This document shows positions 38,491 to 51,164 of a stretch of 64,000 bases of DNA, one piece after another (the stretch's first letter is position 1; each line of letters opens with the position of its first letter). Source of the DNA: Tubiluchus corallicola (Eukaryota > Animalia > Priapulida); assembly GCA_030141605.1 (NCBI GenBank), contig JAQGDQ010000135.1:62001-126000 (forward strand), read 5' to 3'. The notes under the pieces were generated by a model. It searched no databases and was not told the origin of the DNA. It saw only the letters and a program-made list of their open reading frames with translations. The translations under genes and the position numbers were made by a program.

Positions 38491-41400
38491 TTGAGTAGTA
38501 GTAATTCCTCGAGAGGTCTTCTCCACTGCCGTCACATCAACAAAAAAGACTTCCAGTCCTAGTTCAGCATCCAGTACATCGTGCACTTTCAATAGTCCAG
38601 ACGTTTCACCAACATCAAACAATTTTGGTTGCACGATGCTGTTGGATGTAACGTTGGTAACGAAGAATTCCACCTCTTCGTAGTTACCAGTAGTTGCAAC
38701 AGAGAGAACTGAGGTGCCGATGGGTTCGTTTTCAGGAATGCTTCGCCGATATCGCTTCTCTGTAAATTCTGGTCCTTTGATGTTGTCATTATGCGAAATG
38801 ATGGTGAGTTTCGATTCAGCAGATTTTCGTTGCGGTAAAGCCGCTCGGTCGGAAGCACGTACTGTAACAGAATATGTTGGAATGTCAATTGCAAGTTCAG
38901 AACGTGTATACAGGTAGCCAGAATTGTGATCAATTGTGAAATAATCGCTGTCACCACTGACTATTTCATAAAAAATTTCACCATATTCATTGTCGTCTAG
39001 ATCTTCAGCAGCGACTTTTGTTATGGGATGGCTAGATTTTGCACCAGATGGAGCTATAACTGCATTCATCGATACAAACTTTGGTTGGTTGTCGTTTACA
39101 TCTTCGACAAGTATGGTAATTAGCTTTTCTGATGTAAGGCGACTTGATGCTGGTTCTGCAAGATCTGTTGCCTGAATAAGAAGTTTAAACATTGTGTGTT
39201 CCTCATAGTCAATGACTGCACTAGTATAGACAGTACCAGTGATGCTGTCAATTCTGAAATGTTTTCCTCTTGGCTTTTGATTCACGATAGAGTACCTGAT
39301 TTCTGCATTCTTTCCAGCATCCTTGTCAGTGGCTGACACGGTAAATATGGCACTATTCAGAGGGATTCCTTCCAGAATTTGTCGAACAGTTGCAATGGGT
39401 GAAAATATGGGGCTGTTGTCATTTTCGTCTTTGACAATAACAGTCACCAAGGTGCCAGAAGAGAGCGCTGGACTACCGGAATCAGATGCTGTAACATTGA
39501 GGATGTATTCCTTCTGCTTCTCGTAATCAACTGTTTTTGAAAGGAAAATAATGCCGGATAGCTCATCTATAGAAAATCTTTCTTGTTCGTTACCACCAAT
39601 AATTGCATATCGAATGGCAGCATTTTCACCGACGTCACTGTCAGTAGCCTCTATTTGACCAATCTGAACACCAGTCATTGTATTTTCAGACAGTATAAAT
39701 TGGTACTCATTTTGCTCAAACTTTGGTGCATTGTCATTATAATCTCCCACAATAATTCGTAAACGTGCTGTAGAATTTAAGCTTTTCTCTCTGCCCAAGT
39801 CTGCTGCCATGATTGTTAGCTCATACTCTTCAACTAGTTCACGGTCCAGTGATTGTGACAGGATAACCTGCCCGGTTTCAGCAACTATTTCGAATGTATT
39901 CTTTTCGTTTCCATGCACAATTGAGTAAATTATGGCAGCATTTTCACCTTCATCTAAATCAGTGGCAGACACTCTCGTTACCTGAGTGTTTATTACAGCA
40001 TTCTCAAAAACAGTAACTTGATAAAAGTGCTGGTCAAATTTTGGAGCATTGTCATTCTGGTCAGCAATATAAACATTAACAAATGCCCGGGATGTCAAAC
40101 GTGGATTGCCATTGTCAAAAGCAGAAACTTCGATAGTTATGAAGTCCTGTCCAGTGTCCAGTAAAAGCTTTTCTCGATCAAAAGAAATGAGTGTAAAAAT
40201 ACTGCCAGATAATGCATCTATAAAAAACAGGGTTTGTCTTGTAATGATGGAGTAAAGAACTTCACCATTGCGACCCAAATCAGTATCTTCTGCAACAACT
40301 GTGCCAATATATGTGTCAGGTGGTAAATTCTCCAAAACACTCATAACAAAGGACTCATTGCTAAATACTGGAAAGTTGTCGTTGGCATCTTCAACATGTA
40401 TGAAGACTGTGGCTGAAGACATTCTGGGATCAAGACCTTGATCTGTTGCAAGCACTGTAAGTTCATAGAAATCTTTGGACTCTCTGTCTAGTTCACCTTT
40501 GACGTACAAGAACCCGTCGGGAAATATGCCAAAGGCACCATCATCATTTCCTGCTGAAATTGAATACAAAATATAGCCATTCTTCCCTGTGTCTAGGTCA
40601 TTTGCTTCAACTTGGAAAAACCTAGTATTAACAGGGACCGACTCCAATACGGACGTCGCAAAGACAGATTTTTGAAACATAGGTGTGTGATCATTCACAT
40701 CATGCACAGTAACAGTGATGTCGACTATACTTGACAAACTGGGCACTCCAAGATCGGAAGCTTTAATCTTTAAATTGTGTGTTTGCAGGGACGAAGAAGT
40801 AAACTCCTTATTCAGGAAGAGGGTGCCAGATGTACGATTAATAACGAACGTGTTATCAAAATTGTCTATCAGTTCATACACGATTTCACTATTTCCACCA
40901 TAGTCGGCATCCACAGCAGTAATGATGCTCACCTCACGTCCAACTGGCCAATTCTCATCGACATCAATATTAATGACTTTCTGAAGAAATTCTGGTGCGT
41001 TATCATTTTTGTCTTGAACATTTATTGTCACACTTGTTGTTACAACAACCAAAGAAGATTTTGCAACAACTGTTAAGTTATAAATGGACTGTCTTTCTCT
41101 ATCAATTGACCTTGCTGTTCTAATGACACCATTTTTCCCACCAATTCTAAAGTCGCCATCAGCATCGCCTGCAATTATAGAGTAGAGTACATTTCTACTT
41201 TGTTTTGTACCAGAAGCCTTCACGGTCCCAACATACTGTCCAATATTAGGCAAATCATCATCTTCATTAATGACAAATACATATCCATCTGGTTTTGAAA
41301 ACATCAGTCCGCCTGCATTTGTGCTCATAATGTTTACTTCGATGGTTGCAGGTGCATCAGCCTCACGTCCTCCAAAATCTTTCGCCGTCACCACAATCTC

Positions 41401-43599
41401 GAAAGATGTGTGTATTCCTGGCTCTAGTGTAACCAACGTTTTAACCTCTCCGGTTGTCTCGTCTACCGTGAATTTGCCATCACCTTCTACAATTGAATAA
41501 AGTATTTTGCCATTGTCGCCATCATCAGCATCCATTGCTTGTACACGAGCTATCACATGTCCAGGATGTATTTTGCCATTTGAATTAAAGAAGTAATTAA
41601 CTGGGTAAAAAACCGGGCTGTTATCGTTCACATCATCAATGGTAACATGGACAAAAGAAGAAGATGACAAAGGGGGAGATCCACGATCGCGAGCATGAAC
41701 AACGAAGGTGTAATGACTGACAGTCTCTCTATCAAAAGAAATTTGGCTCCGGATGCGACCTGTAATAGGATCAATGCGAAATGTGTCAGGATACTTTAAG
41801 AAGGAGTCAGCATTTATCCAATACACAACTGATCCATTTTCCCCTGCATCTTTATCAACTGCTTTGACTGTCAAAATTTCATAGCCAGAGGGAAGGCCTT
41901 CAGCTACACTCACATTATAGGAAGACATAGTAAACTCGGGTGCTTGGTCATTAACATCGAGAATTTGTATTGTCAGCTTAGTGTAAGCATAGTAGGGATT
42001 TGGTCCACCATCGTATGCTGTAACATTTAACACTACAACAGACATGATTTCTCGGTCTAAATGTGACTTAGTTGTGATGAGACCATAATTAGTGTTAAGT
42101 TCAAACCAATTGTGCTTATCGCCAGAAATAATGCTGTAAGAAACTTTGGCATTGATACCATTGTCGGCGTCAGTCGCGCGCACACTAGCGACAAAGCTGC
42201 CAATCGGTACATCTTCGCTTAGAATGGCAAAGTATTCAGTTTCTTCAAAAACCGGTTTGTGATCGTTTACATCACTAACGACGATAATAATATTAGCAAC
42301 AGTCTCTTGACGTGGGTCTCCATGGTCCCAGGCCAGTAATGTCAAATTATATACTTCGGTAATCTCTCTGTCTAGGGGTTTATTTACCTTCAATAAGTAC
42401 CAACCAAATGCTTCTTCTAGCCTAAAAGCTTTATCATCATTTCCTTCTTTGATTGTCAGAGAGCACTCTCCATTGGCGCCTTCATCTTCATCAACAAGAC
42501 TGACTAGTGCGGCGACTGCACCGTTCTGAGCATTTTCGGCCACAGTTGCAAATTCTGCTGTACTTGGTATGTAGCGGAACGTGATTTGAGGGCTGTGATC
42601 ATTTTCATCAATTAAATGCACTTTAACAAAGGCACGTCCAGTGTAATAAGGTACGCCGTGGTCTCGAGCTTGCACAGTAAAAATGCACTCTCTGTTACAA
42701 GACAGTTTCTCAGCCACGGTTATCACATCACCACTGTGAGCATCAACTTGAAAATTATTTGAATCGTCAATAAGAAAGTAGCTAATCTGAGCGTTTTGTC
42801 CAATGTCACTATCAGTTGCACGTACTTGCAAAATACTCGTGCCAGGAGGCGTGTTTTCTTTTATGCTAACAGAATATTCACTGTGGTCGAATATTGGAGG
42901 GGAATCATTAAAATCAATAACTGTGATGTTCACAATTAAATATCCATACAATGGTGGCGTGCCACCATCACGGGCTGAAATGTTCAATAAATAGTGATCA
43001 GTCGTTTCCCTATCTAACAACTCTACATTTTCTAGATGCAGAAAGGCGATGTCACCGCTAGGACTAGTAGTATCAACAAGTCGAAACTTGTTCTCACCAT
43101 TGCCAGATATGATCTCGTACTTGGTTGTAATGCCGTTGATACCAGCATCTCTGTCCGTCGCTGTGTGTAGAATGTGCTGTGTGCCAACAGCAGCATTCTC
43201 TGACCACCGCACGTTAATAACACTGTCAGGAAAAATTGGAAAGTTGTCGTTCTCATCAAGAACAGTTATTTTTACTTCAATTGGATATGTAGGATAGCTG
43301 CTTAGAACAACCAAATCTATTTCATCGGTTAGCAGTTTTTCCCTGTCGATCACAATACTTGTTGTCACTTCCCCACTCGTCGGATTCAGTGCAAACAGCC
43401 TGGTTTCTTCGCTGAAGCGATATGTGAAACCCAGCTTTGTCGGAATCTCCCCAACTAGCGTTCCGGATGGTTGATTCTCCGGAATGTGGAATTCCACTTT
43501 GTCTGTGACATGGCTGATATAGCTCAAGTGCGTGGGCTTTACAATGGCAAGACAGACACAGGTAAATAGCATGCATGAGCTGCTCCACATCACAGGCAT
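38491..43599 (-). CDS. FAT4: Fat/Fat4-type giant cadherin, first coding exon (1703 codons: signal peptide + cadherin repeats ~EC1-EC16)
   Basis: 1707-aa ORF with repeated PE/LDRE/DxD/DxNDN cadherin motifs. The N-terminus (GFTYRFSE...IDLVVLSSYPTYPIEV...TSPSGDIAFLHL) matches my recollection of vertebrate FAT4 and Drosophila Fat EC1-2. Phase-0 donor CAA|GTGAGT at 38491/38490. Acceptor (ttatttttag|GTCC) at 43677 gives 78 nt of 5' UTR in the same exon. Confidence 0.93.
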
Positions 43600-43954
43600 C
43601 AGGACTCTTTTTTCAGCAACTTCACAATGTAAAATTGTTCATCTTTTCTTGCCGATACTTAGCTGTTCCCCAAGGACCTAAAAATAAAATAATATGTTAC
43701 TTACTTTAAATCTTAATATCAAAACTATAAATTATCAATGATGGTACAAATCAACAATTTTGAAAGAAAATGTAGAAATGTGAAAAAACTGGATCACAGC
43801 TCGGAGAAAATTAAATCAATTAATCAAACTTAATATAAGCTAATTTGTTAGATTTGCTCTAGCACGAGCGATCTAACTGTGGAAATACCGAACTGGCTGG
43901 CAATTAAGCTGGTAACCAGTTACAAGAGATGAGCTTTGAGCTGCACAATGTTGA

Positions 43955-44038
43955 GGAACATGGAAGCTTAGTAGTTACGGCACCTGCTTGTAAGCAGAAG
44001 GTCTCTGGTTCAAATCCAGGCTATGCTCCAAACTTTTT
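43955..44038 (+). pseudogene. Degenerate tRNA or tRNA-derived SINE head
   Basis: Acceptor-like pairing GGAACATGG/CTATGCTCC, A-box-like AGCTTAGTAGTT, anticodon arm CTGC-TTGTAA-GCAG (6-nt loop, one base short), T arm CTGG-TTCAAAT-CCAG, then TTTTT. Confidence 0.65.
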
Positions 44039-46000
44039 CACATTATCTGTTTCTCAAAATTTAATTAGCAGTGGATTTGTATCTTCATTAAATTTAATAC
44101 TGTCACACTTTTACGAAACATTTAATTATTATATAACACCATAATCATTAAAACACATATTTCGCCAGGATTTATGTTTACAGAACTTTATTATAACGTA
44201 ATATTATGATAAATTATAGAACTTTCCTATATAATAACACTATGATAACATCAACATCAGGTAATGTATGTCTTTGTTGCAGTTAAAAAATTGATAGGTA
44301 AAATCACACACATCATCACTTACATAAATCGTAGCATACTCAAATTATCAATTAATCAGGGATTTAGGATGTATTAATTGCAAAAAAAAAATAATTGACT
44401 TATGAGACCATCAATCCCAGACCACGAGAGTCAATCGTCTCATTATTTTAAATGACACATACTTATTTGAAGATGTTTTTTTAAATCAAAAGAATTTTAC
44501 AAACCTAAAAAATAAATATATTGGACTTGTCTGCGTTTACTAACTACTCAAACACAGGTGATGAATTAGTATTAATTTGACGAAACTGTTATTAATTTGA
44601 GCTTGCTTTTTAAAATTAAATAAACTTTTGAATGATTTATTTAGTGCGTAACACACTAGTTAACTCAACTTATGGAAGAATAAAACAAGAACTTCACATG
44701 TAATTTTTAATTTCATTTAAAGAATCCCTCTTTTGTTTTTCATCCAGTCTTGTACAAAAAAATTATCAGAGAAGATGGCAACTGTGCAAATGCAGAGTTT
44801 CAAAATAATCTATTATGTACACATGTAAGAATTATTATTATCAGTTAGGTATCAGCTTTATTTAACATCAAAACTACAGAAAACTACAAGTGGAAGTTAG
44901 AAGTGTTTTTTACAGAGCATGGATGCCAAGAATTTTAAAAACTTGAAAGTTCTTCATGTGAACAAAATAAATAAAATAGAGAAAAGTAATAAAATAAAAA
45001 CGCTGAATTTTTTGCATATGTACAAAACACAATGGAATAGAACAAGGCAGAAGGGCACGAAAAGGATGGAACAGTTCAGAAAAAGACTGAGCAGGACAGA
45101 GAACAGAAATGCAAAGAATAACGGAGCCAAATTTTCAAAGAGAACAGAGAAAATACTGCCATACAGCTCTGACATCAAATGTGTAAGAGAGAGAAAGAGT
45201 AATAACTGGATATCATAAATTGTATAAAACTCGTTTAAACTAAGTACATTGTAGTGTCAGCCTATACTGTGCGAAACTGGCACTCACCAAGATTTAAGTA
45301 ACACCTGAATTAGAAAGTCAGCAATCACATCATGAATACAATTTTTAATTACGTTCGGGGTAACTATAATCAACTGTCGAAATTTCTGAAACCTGCTTTT
45401 GATATACAGTCTACGCGAATGAACACGATATTAATTAGACTTCTATTATGCACACATCTAATGTACATGTATACCATTTGGTACTATAGAGAACTAGCGC
45501 GTTTTAGGTAATTTTTAATAACGTAATATATTTAACGTGTGTTGAGCTAGTGGCTTTGTGCCCACTTGATATACACTGCACGAACAGCTTACGAAATTCG
45601 TTAATAGCCGTCAATGTCTTTGTGAAACTCGTTACCTGTAGCTATTGAAAATTAACAAAAGCAGCTGAAATAACCATGATAAAAAGCTAATTTTAATGAT
45701 AAATCAAACCTTTCCGCATACCTTTATTACATCCTGACAAAAAGAAATTTGGCACCACATTCACATTACGTCTTGAGTTTTACACGAATCATTTCATTCA
45801 GCTATTAGCTAGTATTGTGAGAAATACAGCATCACACACTCTTGTAACGCTTTCTGATCACCACTGACGCAAACGTGCTAATCCATTCAAGCAACCTGCG
45901 GCCGACGTGCTGTCATCGCATGTGCCAAATTTTAACACCAGATGACAGCACCATTCAGTACAGTAATTTTATTTTTATCGGTAATATCATGCTAAGCTGT

Positions 46001-46417
46001 AAACTTAGGACTTCAACACTGCACATACATATATTCTATTTTTCTATATAATTCGCAATAACGGACCTTGAAAGTAAATAATAGGTGGAGATTGATGCTG
46101 TTCAACGACGTTTATTTTTTTTGTTATAAGTAACATAGATTTGTACGACAAAGTCAAGGAAGAAAAATGGACCGTAGGAAGATAAAACGCAGAAGACTTA
46201 ACTGGGTGGGGCATGCTTTGAGATTACCGTAAGACAGTCCCTTACTAAAGCTTTTCATGAATCAATTGAATTCAATCATCAATGAATGTTTAGGGGAGGT
46301 AGAATGTTCACGTGGATGGATTTCACACAAAACGCCTCAACTTTAATTCTGAAAGATACTTCATCGTGGAGAGTAGCAACAGAACGTACCGTTTGGCGGC
46401 AGAAGGTGGCGGTGTAA
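46001..46417 (+). mobile_element. Decayed 3' fragment of an RTE-like non-LTR retrotransposon ORF
   Basis: Broken translation gives IFLYNSQ*RTL, IDAVQRR, LYDKVKEEKW, IKRRRLNWVGHALRLP* (46182-46232) and ATERTVWRQKV. These are colinear with the RTE C-terminal motifs LLYGSETWTL, RRRLRWxGHVLR and AQDRxxWR. Stops and frameshifts are present. Confidence 0.75.
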
Positions 46418-49400
46418 TGTCATTGGATGATTGATATAATATCATACTGTGATGAACAGGTGAATGTGCATTGTACATTTATTCATATGCACCAGGCCAA
46501 CCAACCTACAGGTAATGTTATGATCTCCACTTTAAACCAGGAAGCCCACATAACTTTACTTGCGATTAGTTGAGCAGTAGTTTCCTGCGGAAAAAACGAA
46601 CAATGACATCGTCAGTTGTCTGTGTTCTGTCGTCGGATGCACTTCTCCTGTCTGCCTGCCGAGTGTCCTTGGTCCTGTCGTATTTGAAGCATTGCCGTCA
46701 GGTTTTGTTTTACTTGTCGTTATGCAGCACTTACCCGCATCACCGATGGCGGGCCGTAAGGCTATCAACCGGGTCGAACCACGAAATAATATGATATGAT
46801 GACGTACATTACTATACTGAATAAAGTGAGTATAAATATTTCGCTAAGATAAGTAATCAAAGAAAGTCAGTTATAAGTTATTAAGAAAAAATTGCCAGTC
46901 AGTCAAGTGGACGACTGGAAAAAAGAAGCTCTTTGAGTTAGCTACATCAGCAACCAAATCGCTAGAAATTTATTAGAAATCTCACTTTCCCACAGCACAT
47001 ACTAATTTATTTTAACGTAAAATTCTAATATATTAATGTTTCCTAAATTCGGCTAAGTATACCTAAAGCGTTAAGCCAACTGTAGCCTCAATCATACAAG
47101 TATTTTTAGGAATGTAATTTAAGTGAGCTAAGAAACCATCATCGGCCCCAACCACCTGAAAAATATTTGGTTTTACTGCGTATTTTGCATCGCGAGATCA
47201 CTGCTGTAATACAGAAGGTTTTACAGATGCTTTACATTGGCCAAAGACTCTGCGTTATTCTTGGCAGGAGTAACATTATTCGTTTGCTTACGAAATATTT
47301 ATCGGTATTATTGATAAGTAAATAACTAAATAAATAATGGGTTTTACACCAATAATGGTGTTGTGAGTCACACCATACAACAGCAGTAACTGAATACAAG
47401 CTGTTGTAATAAAAATACAAAAGAGAAAAAAGACGATTAAACAATAAGACGTAATATTGTTATAAGAAACATGGCTTTCAAAAAAATTGAGAGAACTGAC
47501 AATGTTTAAGCAGCTTAAGACCAAATGTGACAAAAAATCTTTTTACTGTAATTTAGAATGTAGTTTTCAGTATTACTATTTATGATAACAGGTAATGCTG
47601 AACGTTTGTAATACTTTCTTCGAATTTTAGGGTGGCTGATTTGTTAGAACTGCGAGTAGTACAACTGCTCTCACTAAGCTGTAAAAGAGGAAGCAAGCGT
47701 CTATAGACGGTATTAGATAATGCTGGAAGTAAAATTAGAGGTTAATTTTTGTCTGCAATTTTGTAGGATAATCAAGTTATGTTTATTTAAAGCATCATCA
47801 TAAGAAATACTATCTTAGGTAAAAATTACGTGGCAAATTATTAAAAATTTAATATTTTAATACTGGCAGTTTGAGTTCGATTTACAGACGAGCTCCATAC
47901 AGATGCGTACTCACTGCTATAATAATTAATGGTGAGTAGTTGTTTTTAATTACTGCTACATAAAAACCTAATGCAACTTCTTTTAATAAATAAATTACAA
48001 AATTTAAATTCAATTATATTTAATTATACAAATTTTATTTATTCTAATTAATTCGTTTTAATTTTCTATGTTGCAGAGGCTCTGCGATCCTACATGTTAT
48101 TGTATAAACCGAAATTCAATTTCTAACAGACAGATTTAAGCTTTTGTCGCTCGATAGATGCCGCCGCAAAGCGCTTGGACATAGCTGGATGCACCTGGGT
48201 TACCCTGGAAATACTCATGTCAAAGTTTGATGAATCATTCTTGAATGATTACAGTCAGTGTGGTTTTGACAGCTACGATAAAACCAAAGTTAGGACTGTA
48301 AAGCAGTCGAAGAAAGGCTTAATTGCTAAACCAAATAAATTGTAGAGCTTCGTATTTACTTATATTATCTAATAACTATTACTATTACTACTATTTCTGC
48401 TGCTGCTATAGTTACTACTACTACTAGGAACTATTTGAACCACATGGTTTTTGTCCGCAACTTGTAGGCTTGTGTGATATTATCATTATAAATGATCGAC
48501 CATCGCAGTCTCTGCCGCATGATTTATGGTAGCAAGATCCATGTTCTCCGTTTTTAATTGCTTCAGTGATGACCATCCAGTTAGTGACGTCGACTAACAG
48601 GTTTCTTGACATAGACCTATTATGGCGCAGGCAATTATCACTATAGGAACGCATCTATTGTTTCTCTCTTCCTTAGCGTTCTAATTTCCAGGACAACCAA
48701 ACAAACCAGCATCTTTAATATAGCAGCTGAAGTTTCTTACATAGTTTGCCTAGAAGAATGAAACGGTTTCTCAGAAGTATCGCATAAATCGGCTTAATCT
48801 CATTTTATAAACAACGAAGTAGTCGACACGCACCAATTGAAATGTCAGTTATTCAAAGACTTATCGCATATTTTAAGCCACAGCCGAAAAGACAACGTAG
48901 GCCCACTTCAAACTTTACAGGTTAGTGATAGAACTTAGCAGCAAATTAGCTTGCACTTTAGTTAGCCTTGGTTTTCTAAAATTTTATTTATTTATCTATT
49001 TATTTAACTATTTTCACATACTGTAGCAGCGAAGCAAGTCGTATGTTTATTGCTAAAGTACAAATATGAAATCCTGGTGAACAAATAATAGATTCTTCAG
49101 AGCGACTTCCACGTGGAACTCGCACCTTGTAAAAACTTTGGACGGACACCGTTTAAAAAAACGTTAAAAGAAACTTAAAACGCAAACGGATATTTCCGTT
49201 GTCTTCTCCATCTTTCTTAACTCCCTCTGAGGAAGATAGAACGAAACTTTAAGCTAAATTGCTCTTTTATACTAATTTATGATTCTGTGTATCTTTAGTT
49301 AAGCATTTTAGTTTTTTGTTTTATTTTATTTTCAGTCTGACTTGTTTTTGTGATTTCGTCATTTTTTTTAAAAAAATACTGCAGCTCATTGTTTTTTGTT

Positions 49401-49983
49401 ATTTAGATTATAGTGTTTTAGACTATATACGCATCTTTTATGTTTTATTATATGTTCGACTATATTTTACCGCTTCCATTTATTTGTAGTTTATACACGT
49501 GATATGATTGTGCGACTCTCACGTAACGGCGTACCAAATAAATTACAAATTACATACTATTTAGAGAGCATAGAGTAATAATTAAGCAACAGCAGTTTTT
49601 CTGAGCCAAATTTTACTGAATATTTTAACACATTTAAGAAAACTGAAATTGAACAGAACTGCTCAAAAAACGCTAGGCAAGTCAAAATTGATGTCAGCTT
49701 AGGCTTGCCATTGGCAAAAATTGCTTTACTCTGCTTTTGATCTTTATATGTTATTCAGTTTTAATCATAGGCTTGTCCAGCCAGTTAGAAACACACTTAC
49801 CATTTTTAAAACACCACTTAAAAGCTTTCTGTTCTAAATGGCTATTAAATTGTAATTATTTAGCCGAATTAATTTACATGCAATTAAGTTGCGACTAACC
49901 TTTATATTTTATACGTAAAATGTATTGCGTGTATTAGTCTTTCATCTGCGCGTCCAAATTTATTGTAGCATGTAGATTTCAAG

Positions 49984-49992
49984 TTATTATTA

Positions 49993-50035
<43 letters not shown>

Positions 50036-50081
50036 CATCATTATCATCATCATCATCATCATCATTATTATTATTATTATT
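49984..50081. repeat. (TTA)n/(TCA)n compound microsatellite
   Basis: Direct inspection. Confidence 0.95.
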
Positions 50082-50222
50082 TTCTACCTTTTGATTTGTC
50101 ACAGTTAAAAACGTTTTATACATTGCAAGGACGAATAGCAAGTTTGTCCAAATCTTTAGAGTGTTTGCACAATAAATGGTGATACAATGCTTTTATTAGT
50201 CGAGTTAAATTAAAATGTACAA

Positions 50223-50915
50223 ATGGTGAATAATTACTGTCGATCTTTGTTTTTTAAAGGTGCTTCGTCGCGCTCTCGCAGTCCTCATACAAGGAACAGC
50301 AATCGCGTTAAAACTAAACCGCAACGTAACCGATCTCGGTCCTTCACTAGACGCTCAAGGTCTGACTCAAAGAATAAGATTCAGCGACAACAAAGGGTTA
50401 AAAGAAACGTTTCTAAAAATAGTAGAAAAAGCCGCCTAGAAAAAAGGCAAGATTCAGGTGGAAGAACAACTTTTAGAGTTGTAAGCACGTCTCAGAAAAA
50501 GAAGAAAGTAACCAAAAACATTGGCGCACATGAAATTAGAAAGCCCATTAACGGAACCGCCGTTTTGTCCAACAAAATTGAGAAAAATATGTCCAAAAAA
50601 GGGACATCAAAGTCAATCCAGAGAGGAAGGGTTGCGACGAGAAAAGAGAAACCTGACGGTACAAAGAGTAACATATTCAAACAGCTAAGATGTGACACCA
50701 ACATTGAAACATGCCTAAAATGTGGCAAACAAAAGATGAGAGACCGAAGGCTGCCTGAAAAATCAGTTAGAGAAAGCGCAAGTATAGAAGATATGTCACG
50801 CACAAGCAAAGATGATTCAGTACGGCAAGGAGAATTATGTTTAAATAAGAAACTACCTAGCGCAAGAAGAATACCCAAAATGAAGGATGTAATTAAAAAC
50901 TTTGGGGTTTATTGA
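50223..50915 (+). CDS. Highly basic Arg/Lys/Ser-rich protein (230 aa) or terminal exon of such a gene; function unknown
   Basis: 690-nt open frame in AT-rich DNA. aaaATGG start context, but also a strong acceptor (ctttgttttttaaag|G at 50260). SRSRSP and RSRS motifs, one CxxC, AATAAA about 70 and 130 nt after the stop. Confidence 0.5.
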   Translation: MVNNYCRSLFFKGASSRSRSPHTRNSNRVKTKPQRNRSRSFTRRSRSDSKNKIQRQQRVKRNVSKNSRKSRLEKRQDSGGRTTFRVVSTSQKKKKVTKNIGAHEIRKPINGTAVLSNKIEKNMSKKGTSKSIQRGRVATRKEKPDGTKSNIFKQLRCDTNIETCLKCGKQKMRDRRLPEKSVRESASIEDMSRTSKDDSVRQGELCLNKKLPSARRIPKMKDVIKNFGVY

Positions 50916-51164
50916 GAAGAGAATTATTTTCGCACAGGAAGCTTTTTTAAGACAACTCATTTCTTAATCGGGCTCTGTAAACTTTAAATAAATCCGCAGA
51001 GTCTATGTGAATTAAATAATAATTACAATGCAAATAACAAAAATAATAAATATGCAAACTGAAACTTCTCATTAGAACTGTTTTCTTATTTTGAGTGTGA
51101 ATTATAAAACGATAACTGTCAACTTTTCGATAGTTCGTGGAGTTTTGTGTGTGGTCAACTTATG

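Noticed and set aside
38589-43588. Antisense and alternative-frame ORFs within the giant exon and other cadherin exons
   Set aside because: Shadow ORFs of a real CDS with no independent protein features.
38491-43599. Assignment to Dachsous, Fat1-3/fat-like or a classical cadherin
   Set aside because: The EC1-2 sequence resembles FAT4/Fat much more as I remember it. The C-terminal EGF/LamG region is outside the window, so a phylogeny is still needed.
44919-45218. Lys/Asn/Arg-rich 99-aa ORF
   Set aside because: A-rich low-complexity DNA, probably in the Fat4 5' intron, with no domain or splice support.
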